Shown piece by piece: positions 1 through 12,100 of a DNA stretch of 57,525 nt. The number at the start of each line of letters is the position of its first letter. Positions within the stretch are counted from its first letter, which is position 1. The DNA comes from Mobula hypostoma. Taxonomy: Eukaryota. Location of the stretch: the NCBI RefSeq assembly GCF_963921235.1, contig NC_086101.1:31248001-31305525 (forward strand). Reading direction: 5' to 3'. The translations under genes and the position numbers were made by a program. The notes beneath the pieces are model-generated. The model saw nothing but the letters and a program-made list of their open reading frames with translations. It was not told where the DNA came from and did no database searches.

Positions 1-150
1 ATATACCTCAAGCATGTCCCTTCATAGCCTCCACTCTAGAGAAAACAGACGTAGCTTCTCCACTCTCTGCATAGCGGAACTGCTCCATTTTAAGCAACGT
101 CCTGGTGAGTCCGTTCTACGCCCCTTCCAGCACGGTCACATCAGTTCCAT
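1..150 (-). mobile_element. CR1 LINE ORF2 3' fragment, decayed
   Basis: Resembles the antisense CR1 3' region seen at 52700-52800 (cctggtgagt...ccccttccag). Confidence 0.5.
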
Positions 151-344
151 ACTCCTGTGTACCTGATTGTTTCAATGCCAGTTACTGGGTCACTTCACAA
201 CTGGAATGGAAAATGGAGTTGATACTTTGGCAGCCATTAGCCTGACTGTGAAGGGGTGGATATGACGGAAGTAGATCCTGCTTGGATTGGACTGTAGATG
301 TGCAGTCGTACTGGAAGGGATAGCTCCTGCAAATGCAGTTTAAT

Positions 345-2670
345 GCTTACCTAGTTTTGGGATCACATGAATACCAAGGCTGTCATCTGAAACCCGATGG
401 GGGACCAATATGCCTGCGGGCAGGTTTGTTAGAGCTGTTGGGGAGGGTTTAAACGAATTTGGCAAGGGGTGGGAACCAGAGTGAAGGGACTCGGGGTAGG
501 ACGGATGGTAAAAAAGCAAAGATAGCGAGCAGCCATACTGTCAGGAAGGGCAGGCAGATGATGGGACAAAGTTGCAGCCAGCAGGGTGAATATCAGTGCA
601 TTAGGCATGCAGAATCAAAAAGGGTAGCAAACACGGTACTCATAAAGTGTTATATCTCAATGCACGGAGCATAAGAAATAAGCTGGATGATCGTGTTGCG
701 CTATTACAGATTGTCAGGTATGATGTTGTGGACATCACTGAATCATGGCTGAAGGATGGTTGTAGTTGGAAGCCGAAAGTCCAAGGTTACACATTGTATC
801 GGAGGGATAGGAAGGTAGGGAGAGTGGGTGTCATGGCTCTTCTGGTAAAGAATGGTATCAAATCGGTAGAAAGATGTGACATAGGAACAGAAGATGTTGA
901 ATCCTTGTGGGTTGAGTTAAGAAACTGCAAGAGTAAAAGTAAAAGTCTCTGGCAGTTAAATACAGGTCTCCCAACAGTAGCTGGGATGTGGACCATAGAT
1001 TACGATGGGAAATAGAAAAGGTGTGTCAAAAGGGCAATGTTATGATAGTCATGGGAAGTTTCAACATGCATGTCAATTGCAAAAATCAGGTTGGTAATGG
1101 AGCTCAAGAGTGTGAGTTGGTTGAATGCCTACAAGATGTCAAAAGTTTTAAGTTCCTTGGGGTCAATATCACAAGTGACCTGACTTGGTCCAACCAAGCA
1201 GAGTTCACTGCCAAGAAGGCCCACCAGCACCTTTACTTCCTGAGAAAACTAAAGAAATTTGGCCTGTCCCCTAAAACTCCTACTAATTTTTATAGATGCA
1301 CTGTAGAGAGCATTCTTCTGGGGTGCATCACAACCTGGTATGGAAGTTGTCCTGTCCAGGATTGGAAGAAGCTGCAGAAGATCGTGAACACGGCGCATCA
1401 CATCACACAAACCAATCTCCCGTCCTTGGACTCACTTTACACCGCACGCTGTCGGAGCAGTGCTGCCAGGATAATCAAGGACACGACCCACCCAGCCAAC
1501 ACACTTTTCGGCCCTCTTCCCTCTGGGAGAAAGCTCAGGAGCTTGAAGACTCGTACGGTCAGATTCGGGAACAGCTTCTTTCCAACTGTGATAAGACTGC
1601 TGAAAGGATCTGGGCCGTACCCTCCAAATATCCGGACCTGCCTCTCGGTTTTTTTTGCACTACCTTACTTTCCTTTTTTCTATTTTCTATTTATGACTTA
1701 TAATTTAAATTTTTAATATTTACTAATTTGTACTATTTTTAATATTTAATATTTGTAATCCAGGGAGCAGGAAGCGCAGAATCAAATATCGCTGTGATGA
1801 TTGTATGTTCTAGTATCAATTGTTTGGCGACAGTAAAGTATAAAGATGGCTTTTTAGAGCAGTTTTTCGTTGAGCCTACTAGGGGATTGGCTATACTGGT
1901 TTGGGTGGTTATGTAATGAACCAGAGTTGATTAGGGAGCTACAGGTAAAAGAACTCTTAGGAGGCAGTGATCACAATGATTGAGTTCAACTTGAAATTTG
2001 ATAGGGAGAAATTAAAGTAGCAGTATTTCACTGGAGTAAAGGGAATTACAGTGGTATGAGAGAGGAGTTGGCCAAAGTAAATTGGAAGGAGATGCTGGCA
2101 GGGATGAACAGAGCAGCAATGGCATGATTTTCTGGGAAAAATGAGGAAGGTACAGGGTAGATGTATTCCAAAAACAAAAAAAAAATACTCAAATGGCAAA
2201 TAGTACAACCATGGCTGAAAAAGGAAGTCAAAACTAATGTAAAAGCAAAAGAGAGGGCTTACAACAAAGCAAAAATTATCAGGAAGGCAAAGGACTGGGA
2301 AGGTTTTAAAACCCTACAGAGGGTAACTATAAAAGAATTATTAGGAAGGAAAAGATGAAATATGAAAGCAAGCTAGCAAACAATATCAAAGTGGATAGAT
2401 AGTAAAAGCTTTTTCAGTATGTAAAAAAAAAAGAGAGCTGAGAGTGGATATAGAACCACTAGAAAATGAGGCTGGAGAAGTAATAACAGGGGACAAGGAG
2501 ATGACAGATGAAATAAATGAGTATTTTGCATCAGTCTTCATTGTGGAAGACAGTAGCAGTATGCCTGAGGTTGTGTGAAGGAAGAGAAATGGGTGCAGTT
2601 ACTATTACAAGAGAGAAGGTGCTCAAAAAGCTGAAAGACCTAAAGATACGTTAGTCACCTGGACCTACTG
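345..2670 (+). mobile_element. CR1 LINE (end of ORF1 plus APE endonuclease region of ORF2), decayed, interrupted by Rex1
   Basis: LYLNARSIRNKL...YDVVDITESWL is the CR1 APE N-terminus. The sequence resumes at 1843 (gatggctttttagagcag) and is collinear with the CR1 copy starting near 17725. Confidence 0.9.
1139..1842 (+). mobile_element. Rex1/Babar LINE 3' end nested in CR1
   Basis: FKFLGVNITSDLTWS...KKAHQHLYFLRKL...[10 protein letters not shown] is the Rex1/Babar C-terminal region. Flanked by AAGATG at 1133-1138 and 1843-1848. Confidence 0.85.
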
Positions 2671-2859
2671 TACTGTAGTCTCTACTGTAGTGCTCTGTGA
2701 CTCTAGACCCATGTATCTGATCCTAAAGCCCAGTGAGCAGTCCCATAATACCTGCTTGTGTAAAATGCACTCATTTGCTGAGGTTAGGCCACTTGTGCAT
2801 TATCTAAATATTTTTCTTGTTAATGCAGCATAATTGATTATATTTCTTATCCAAATCAG

Positions 2860-3168
2860 GTGGAAGGGAAGTAGCGACTGGCAGCTTTGGCTCTTCGATG
2901 TTACTGGATCCCAAATTTACAGTCAATCACAGCAAGGAAGAAGTTGTTTGGGAGTGGAAAAATTGGAATAGCACCAAATCTCTGGTTATTTTAGATCACG
3001 TCCCTAGTAGACCTTCCATGTTTCCAAGTGAACAGTTCGAACACCGTTTACAGTTCAATATTTCTAATGGCGCGCTGACGATAAATCCACTGGAACGCCG
3101 TGATGAAGGAATTTACATCGTATATGTACAGGGAGAAAAGAAGAAAGAAGTAGTTTTGCACGTTTACG
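2860..3168 (+). CDS. Exon: Ig V-type domain lacking the canonical disulfide
   Basis: Acceptor tttcttatccaaatcAG, donor G|GTGAGT, 309 nt, phase 1/1. C-strand VVWEW, D/E/F strands [24 protein letters not shown] (DxGxY), no Cys, as in CD2/CD58/SLAM/CEACAM N-domains. Sequons NHS, NST, NIS. Confidence 0.9.
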
Positions 3169-6100
3169 GTGAGTTATCTTGCTTATTTGTGATGCTATAT
3201 GTGAAATACTCATCAAATTGCCTGCCATTGTTTCTGTTTGAGGGTAAGTGGGATATCGGACCTAAAGACCAAAATACGGAAGTTGAATGTAGCTGTTCAT
3301 TCAGCCAAGGTGGCTATGATACATCTGGCAGCCCACAGGGAAGCCTGCACGGCGAAATGGTCCGGCGTCTATCCCTGGACTGGTGAGGTGCGAGATGAAG
3401 AACTGTTGTCTGACCTGAGGGTTGAATTTTGGGGGAGGGGGGTGAAGCGGTAGTGTGGACTGATGGGAAAACTGCGGAATTCAATTGGAGGGAGGATGGA
3501 TGGTGAGGGGAGAAAGGTGTGCAAATGAAACAGTAGGATTATTGCAGTCTCTGCTGAGCCTCAGTCCCATTCCATTCTCCCCCACCCCACTCTGAAGTAT
3601 GTCTGTGACAATATACTTGTGAGATCAGCAATGTGTTCTACTTTTCGTGACCCTTATTGCTGAGGCAGAGACTAGGACATTAGTAAGTTGCCTGTGGGGA
3701 AGATGAACGGCATTAAGATTGGTGTTTGGGTCTGGAGGATGCTCCAGAAAGAGAGGGAGGAATGAAGACCCAGAGAACTCTGAAAACTATTTTGCATATG
3801 AGGAATGAGCATTCGGAGGAAGCTTTCCGGGCAAGTACAATTACAGCGATTAATTGACATTTGTACAGGTACTTGTATTAAAAGGTATGTGGGCCAGATG
3901 CAGGAAGTTAGACTAGCGTGGTTAGACATCATGGTCGGCATGGAGGAGTTGAGTTAACGGGCCTGTTTCCATGCTCTATGACGTTGACAAACACTGACAA
4001 CCTCCTGTTCAGGGGCTGTGTTGAAGCTTTGAGTCAGCTCAAGGTGATGAGGTGGGGTGTGGGGGGCAGCCGGGAAAGTGTGTTAACAGAAAACAGGGGC
4101 AAGGAAATTGAAGTGTCCTTGGCATTGCATCTCGGAAGATACCTGGTCTTTAGGAGGATTTAGTGGAATTTGAGGAAGTATCCAACATTTCAGTCGGGCT
4201 AGGCAAATCAGGAAGCTGGTAGAAGTTTTCAGAATTCTGAGTGCTATCGGGAGTTGAGAGAGGAAATCCAGCTTGCACTGGCAGCAGGTTTGAGAACCGG
4301 AAGCCACAGGGGTACAGTCACTAGCAGCAACATTTCTCATCTCGTTATGCTGAGCATTGCCGCTCCCCGGGGCTGTGTGCCCAGCCTAATACCGTTCACG
4401 CTGCTGATGCAGAGTGATTGCGAGATCCAGTTCAAACCGCGTCGTCGAGTTTGCAGATGACACAACAGTGGTTGGCCTATCGGGAACGATGACTAGGAGT
4501 ATAGAGAGGAAGTGGAGTGGCTGGTGCATTGGTGTAAGAAGATCATGGAGAAGACCAAGGAAATCTTGTGGACTTCAGAAAGATGCAGACAAACCATCCC
4601 CCTCTGTGAATACATCACTCCCCATGTAGGGAGAGTTAAGTGCACCAAATTCCTGGGAGTTCACATCAAGGATGACCTCACCTGGTCCCTTAATATCACC
4701 TCCCTGAGCAATAAGGCACAGCAGCATCTCTACTTCCTAAGAAGATTGAGGCAAGCCAGGTTCTCCCTCCTCCCCCCACCTCCTCCCTATCTAACTCTGT
4801 TTTACAGGAGCACATTTGAGAGTGTCTTGACAAGTTGCATCTCCATTTGGTATGGGAGCAGTCGAGCATCAGACCAGAAGTCCCTACAAAGTACAGTGAG
4901 AACAGCTGAGAGGATCATGAGGGTCTCCCTACCAGCCATCAGGGTCATTTATCAGGAGTGCTCTTAGTATTATTGAGGAATCCCCCCCACCCCCCGCATT
5001 CATCCAGCATCGTCTTTGACTTTCTACCATCACGCAGGAGACTACGATGCATAAAAGCATGAATGGATAGGATGAAATACTTTCTTCCCCTAGGCCATTA
5101 GGTTTCTGAACTCCCTGCCACATTGTATTCAAAATGCCACTGGTTAATCTGTTCCATACCTTACAATATTTAATGTTTTAAATATTGTATCTTGGCTGGA
5201 CTTGAAAAGGGCTGTTCCCTTTAAAATATTTAAAAATGTTATCCTTGTTTTTATAAGTTATTGTGTGCTATGTGTGTTGTATGCTTTACATCCTGGTTCG
5301 GAGAAATGTTGTCTTGTTTTTATATACATTATATGATTATATACTTCATTCATTCATATATATATATATATATATATAGCGAAATGACAAACTTGCCTTG
5401 CCAATCCCAAGAAAGCTCTGGACCTTTGTGAACCAGACCTTTAGGTCCACTGTCATTCACATATCGTCATCAAGCACAGGAACAATTCATTTGGCCAACA
5501 GTGTCTACACCCGTCTACATTAATCCTGCACTAATCACATTTTACTAATCCCAGTTTACCCTCTCCACATTTGCATCAGCTCCTTATAGGTTTTACCAGT
5601 CACCTACAGTCTCTATAAAAAGTATTCACCCCGCCCCCCAGAAGTTTTCATGTTTTATTGTTTTACCACATTGAATCACAGAGGATTTAATTTGTCTTTT
5701 TTTTGACACTGATCAACGAAAAATATACGTGTGTCAAAGTAAAAATGGATCTCTACAGAGTGATCTAAACTAATTACAGATATAAAACAAAAAGTAATTG
5801 ATTGCCCTTTCAAATCAGTATTTAGTAGATGCACCTTTGGCAGCAATTACAGCCTTGAATCTGTATATAGGTCTCTATCCGCTTTGCACATTTGGACACT
5901 GCAGTTTTTCCCCATTCCTCTTCACAAAACTGTTCAAGCTCTGTGAGATTGCATGGGGATCGTGAGTGAACAGCCCTTTTCAAGTCCAGCCAAGAATTCT
6001 CAGTTGTATGGAGGTCTGGCCTCTGACTTGGCCACTCCAGGGCGATAACTTTGTCGTTTTTAGGCCATGTAAGCCTGTGTAGCTTTGGCTTTATTCTTGG

Positions 6101-9100
6101 GTTCATTGACTTGCTGGAAAACAAATCTTCTCCCAAGTTGCAGTTCTCTTGGAGACTGCATCAGGTTTTTCTCCAGGATTTCCCTGTATTTTGCTGCATT
6201 CATTTTAACCTCTACTTTCACAAGTCTTCAAGAGCCTGTTGCAGTGAAGAATCCCCACAGCACGATGCAGCCACCATCATGCTTCACGGAAGGATGGCGT
6301 GTTTTTGATGATGTGTGGTGTTTGCCTTGCACCAAACAGTGTTTAGTCTGATGGCCAAAAAGCTCAATTTTGGTTTCATCAAACCATAGAACCTTCTAAC
6401 AGCTGACTTCAGAGTCTCCACATGCTCTCGGGTAAACTCTAGCCGAGATTTCACGTGAGTTTTTTTTCAGCAATGGCTTGTCTTTGCCATTCTCCCATAA
6501 AGCTGTGACTGGTGAAGCACCCGGGCAACAGTTGTTGTATGCTCAGTCTCTCCCATCTCAGCCACTGAAGCTTGTAGCTCCTCCCAGAGCTGATTCACCA
6601 GCAGTTGGACCTTCCAGATACAACTGTATTTTTACTACAATCAGTTGAAACACCCTGACTGCACACAGTGACCTCTGTTTAACTAATGAAGTGATTTCTA
6701 AAACCAAATGGCTAGCCAGTGATGATTTGGTGTGTCATATTAAAGGGGGTGAATACCTGCGCAGTCAATTATTGTGTGTTTTATATTTGTAATTAATTTA
6801 GATCACTTTGTAGAGATTTGTTTTCACTTTGACACGAGTCGTTTTCTGTTGATCAGTGTCAAAAAAAAACAAATTAAATCCACTGTGATTCAATGTTGTA
6901 CAACAATAATACATGAAAACTACCAAGGGGGCTGAATACTTTTTCTAGGCACTGTGTACAAGGAGCAATGTAGTGGCCAATTTGACCACCATTAACCTGC
7001 TACGTTTCATTGATTTAAATATTAGCTCTATTTGTCATACGTACATCAAAGCATATGGTTAAAATGAGTCATTTGTGTCAATGAGGAACACAGTCCGAGG
7101 ATGTGTTGGTCATTGACATAAGAGTTGTCATGGTTTTGGCAACATAACATGACCACATCTCTCTAACCATAACCCTTATGTCATTGGAATGTGGGAGGAA
7201 ACCAGAGCACCCAGAGGAAATCCATGTGGTCAGAGGGAGAACACAAACGCTTTACAGACAGTTGCAGAAAAAGACTGGGACACTCCTGTCTCTCCTGTGT
7301 TTCCCTCCCAGTGCCCTGTTACCTGTTCACCCGCTTCCTTCCTCTTTGTTGCAGCTGAAGAGAAATTACAAAATAAATTGACTTTAAAAATGCGCTGCTC
7401 GTGTGTAAATTGTAGCACATACAACCATGTTGCATAAAGGCAGCTCATTTTTTCCTGCATATTTGATACAAAGCACCAAGTAAAGTTTTGTCACAAGACT
7501 TGGAAGGAGAAAATGGCGACGCGACGCAGCTCGCAGCAGTCACTTCGGTGAATGATATCTGTTACTTGTCAAGTAGGATGCCGTGCACAATCCTGATTTG
7601 ATGGAGACAGATGTGAGAGCACGGAGGAACATCTGGTGAAACTTCTGAAATGCCGCTGCTACTGTGTGATCTGAAATCTCCCAGAGGGGAAGGCCCCGAG
7701 TCATCGGCTTTGCTTGTTGCTCAGCGGCCGGGGCGGGATCAAAGTGCTCGGCAGAAATGCCGCTCGGTGCTCGGCGTCGGAGGGCTGGTCGGAGGCTTGA
7801 AGTTTTCAGACGGACTCGGAGTCGGCTGTGGTCGGGTGCTCCAATGCTCCAAGCAAGTTTGCGGCGCTTCCGTCTGCGTGAGATGATGGAGCTATCGGGA
7901 CTTGAGACTTTTTTTTTACTGTGCCCATGGTCTGCTGTTTATCAAATTACGTTATTGCTTTGCACTGTTGTAACTATATGTTATAATTATGTGGTTTTGT
8001 CAGTTAGTCTTGGTTAGTCCTGTGTTTCTGTGATATCTTTCTGGAGGAACATTGTATCATTTTTTAATGCATGCATTTCTAAATGACAATAAATGAGGAC
8101 TGAGTGTCCTCATAATCTAATCTAAGTAACTGTAGTTCACTAATCTTATTTTCCTCTTTAGAAGAGCTGTCTGACGCTATGATATTGGACAACTTCAGCT
8201 CCCTCAGTTCCACCATCCAACTCACCTGTAACGTCAGCGGAGATCCACTTAAGTATCAGTGGCAGTACAATGGAGGGGAAATCTTGGAGCGTCACCAGCT
8301 AATGGACGGGAACAGAACTCTTATTGCTTCAAAACGTGACTGTGGAATCTTCACCTGTGTGGCAACCAATCTCGTCAACTCTGTGAGGGCAAATTACACC
8401 CTAACTGTTCCTGGTGAGTTTGCTTTACGGATAACAATCTGGGTATATTTCTGTTATCGCTTGCAGTTGATGTAATGTTGAATGCAACTTGAGCAAATCA
8501 GCACAACAGCAGCAACACAGATTTGGGGTTTTCAGGATTACAGTTCAGATGGAGATCACTGAGCCCACCAAGTCTAAACGCTCAGTTTCAGGCTCCCCTA
8601 CCTGCTGTGACCTTATTGATGTACCTCATTATTTTATAAATGTCTCCAACGCTGCCCGCATCTTCCAGGAGAAAGATGCCTAATGTATCTAGCCTCTCCA
8701 GTCCCAGTAACAGCCTCATAAATCTTTTTCCCTCTCTTTTCAGTTTAATGACAACCCCTTGCCATACAAATCCTTTTCTTTGAGATACTTATCCAGACCC
8801 CTTGAACACTAAAATTAAATCCTTCTCCATTATGACCCCTTAGCAAAGCAGTTCAGACCCTAATCAGTTAGATTCTTCCAACCATCTCCATCCTATGTCA
8901 TCTTGTTTTTACCCTACCTATCTAATCTATCCATACCCTTCTGTTTTTAAACACTATTATCCATCTGATGTCCTCTATTCTTCCAAGGAGAACAACCCTG
9001 TCTTAAATGCACTTAGTCTATTTCTGACACTTTTCTCCCTTTTCTGAATCTCTGGGGATGAACTGTCTACCAATATCTTTTATAAACTTGTCTACTCTTA

Positions 9101-12100
9101 CAGCTATCTTGACTATACTTCTTCCCACCTTGTCATCTGTTAAAATTGCCATTTCCTTTTCTCAGTTCTTTCGTCTCCTCCAAATCTGTTCTCAGGGTGA
9201 GGCTTTCATTTCAAATCTGTTCTCAGGGTGAGGCTTTCATTCCAAATCTGTTCTCAAGGTGAGGCTTTCATCTCAAATCTGTTCTCAGGGTGAGGCTTTC
9301 ATTTCAAATCTGTTCTCAGGGTGAGGCTTTCATTTCAAATCTGTTCTCAGGGTGAGGCTTTCATCTCCAGAACATCAGAGATGCCCTCCGTCTGCAAAGA
9401 ACATGGTTTCCCTTCCTCTACCATTCACGCTGCCCTCACCTGCATCTCCTCCATTTCCGGACATCTGCACTTACCCCATCTCCTGCCACACGAACAGGGA
9501 TAGAGCTGGGAGTTCTTGTCCATGCCTACCATCCCAAGAGCCTTCGCATCCAGCACACAGTTCTCTGCAACTTCTGCCATCTTCAATAGGATCCCGCCAC
9601 CAAATACATCTTTATGCCTAAACCCTCCCACTGCTCTCTGCTTTCTGCAGGGATCACTCTCTCCATGATTATCTTGTCTATTAGTACCTCCCCACTAATC
9701 TCCCTCCCTACCGAAAGTGGAAGTAGTGCTACTGTTGCCCATTCACTTCCTCCCTTACATACATTCAGAACCTCAAACAATCCCTCCAGGTGAGGCAGCA
9801 CTTCACCTCTGAATCTATTGGGGTTGTCTACTCTATTCAGTGCTCCCGATGCGACCTCCTCTACATTGATGAGACCCAGTGTAGATTAGGGGACCACTTT
9901 ATCGAGCACCTTCACTCCATCTGCAACAAGCAATACTTCCCAGTGGCTAACCATCTGAATTCCAGTCCCTACTCCCATTTCAAGATGTCAGTTCATACCC
10001 TCTTCTACTGCCACGGCAAGGCCACTCTCAGATTGGAGGAGCATCACCTCCTATCCTGTCTGGGTAGCCTCCTACCTGATGACATGAAAATCAATTGTTC
10101 TAACTTCTGGTAGTTTTCCCCACTCCCTCTTACCTCTTCTTCCTTTCCCCACTTGTTCCCATCTTGCCTCTTCTCCTTTCCTCACTTGCCTATAACCTTC
10201 CCCAGTGCTGCTCCTCCTTCCCTTTCTCCCTTTGGCCGATCATTCGCTCCTTTCACATCCTTCCTTCAGCCCTCTACCTTTTCCTCCTTTAACCTCAGGG
10301 CCTCTCACTTCATCTCCCACCCACCTGACTTCACCTTCCAGCTTGTACTCCTTCCCCTCCCCCACACTTACTCTGGCTTCTTCCCCGTCCTCTTCAGTCC
10401 TGCTGAAGGATCTCAGCCCAGAATATCGACTGTTTATTCTGCTGACCTGAGTTTCTCCAGTATTTTGTATGTATGACTCTGACAAACAGCCAATGTGTAA
10501 AAGACACATTGTGCAAGTAAAAGAAATACATAATATTCAGAACGTGAGTTGTGGAGTCCTTGAAAATGAGTCTGTATGTTGTGGAATCAGTTCAGAGTAG
10601 TGGAGAGTGGAGTTATCCATGTTGGTTCAAGGGAGACTTATGGTTGTGTGGTCAACCTAAAGCTCTTGTACCTCCTGCCCAATGGTAGTGGTGAGAGGGG
10701 AGCATGGCCTGGATAGTGGGGGCCAAGTGGTTAAAGCATTGGACTAGTGACCTGAAGGTTGTGAATTTGAGCCCCAGCAGAGGCAATGTGTTGTGTCCTT
10801 GAGCAAGGCACTTAACCACACGTTGCTCTGCAACGACACTGGTGCCAAGCTGTATGGGTCCTAATGCCCTTCCCTTGGACAACATTGGTGTCATGGAGAG
10901 GGGAGACTTGCAGCATGGGCAACTGCTGGTCTTCCATACAGCCTTGCCCAGGCCTGCGCCCTGGAGAGTGAAGACTTTCCAGGTGCAGATCCATGGTCTC
11001 GCAAGACTAACAGATGATGATGATGGATGCTGCTTTCCTGGGGCAGCGCTCCGTGTAAATGTAGACACAGGCTGTATATGTTGTTCATGCGCTTGCTGAA
11101 GCTTGGCCCAAAGTTTTGAACCTCCAACTTTAGAATGTGAAACCTCTTTAGACCATTTCGAACTATTTTCCAGTTTAGGCAGTTGGTGCGAAATCACTCG
11201 TCTCCTTTCAGATCTTCATGTTCTGTCTTCAGTCCTGCATTTCTTCACTTTCTTGGTAGGGCAAGTCGTCCTGTTGGCTGCAGACTTTCATTGATTCCAT
11301 TATGTTTCTTGTGTTTACTATGCCTGCAAGAAAATGAATCTGAGTTGTATATGGTGACATATATGTACTTGGGTTATTAATTTACTTTGAACAAGACCGG
11401 ACCTGTAGTAGTGTAATTTATCTTCAGAAAAACAAAGCAAGAAATAGTAGAGTCAGGTCTATGCTTTACATAGGACTTTGGATGGTGTTTTGAAATAAGG
11501 GCTAGTTCCTTCTTTGACAATTATGAAAATAAGGAGAATGGTCTTGCCTCTTGTTAAGTAATGCATGCAAAAATCTTTCCCCTTCCTCTGTGATTCTTCC
11601 GCATCCTTCCACTTCTCTTACTTTGGCATAGTCATCGAACTGTTGGATACTAATAAACATACTCATGGTCGTCTCGTACTCCAACTAGAAATAACAACAT
11701 TTCAGTGATAATTCTGGCTATTTTGTAGGTTAATTATTAAGTGGTGTGATGCAGTTGCTGCAGTAAAACTGGTTTCTAGAAAATATTCAATTAGCTAAGC
11801 TATTAGAAAACTTACTGACTAATTACATGTAGGTGATTATATAAAATTAGAAGCAAACACAGCAAAGTTAATCTACAAGAAAAATAACAATTTTACGCTA
11901 ATCCAGCATTTGGGGTGTCACAGTACTGTAGAGTTTAGTGTAATGCTATCACAATGCCAGTGACCCAGGTTCATTTCCCACTGCTGTCTGTAAGGCATTT
12001 GTATTGCAGGAGTTGATAGCTTTCATGGTCATTTCTCTGGTGCGCTGATAGATTCTTTCAATTTATTTTCATATGCAGGCTTTCTCCCCGAGAACATCGC

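Noticed and set aside
150-345. Possible signal-peptide exon
   Set aside because: No ATG-initiated hydrophobic leader with a phase-1 donor was found. The first exon is probably upstream of the window.
3169-3386. C-terminal extension of ORF 2898-3386 (likewise 8414-8475)
   Set aside because: Read-through past strong GTGAGT donors that fall exactly at the Ig-domain ends; intronic.
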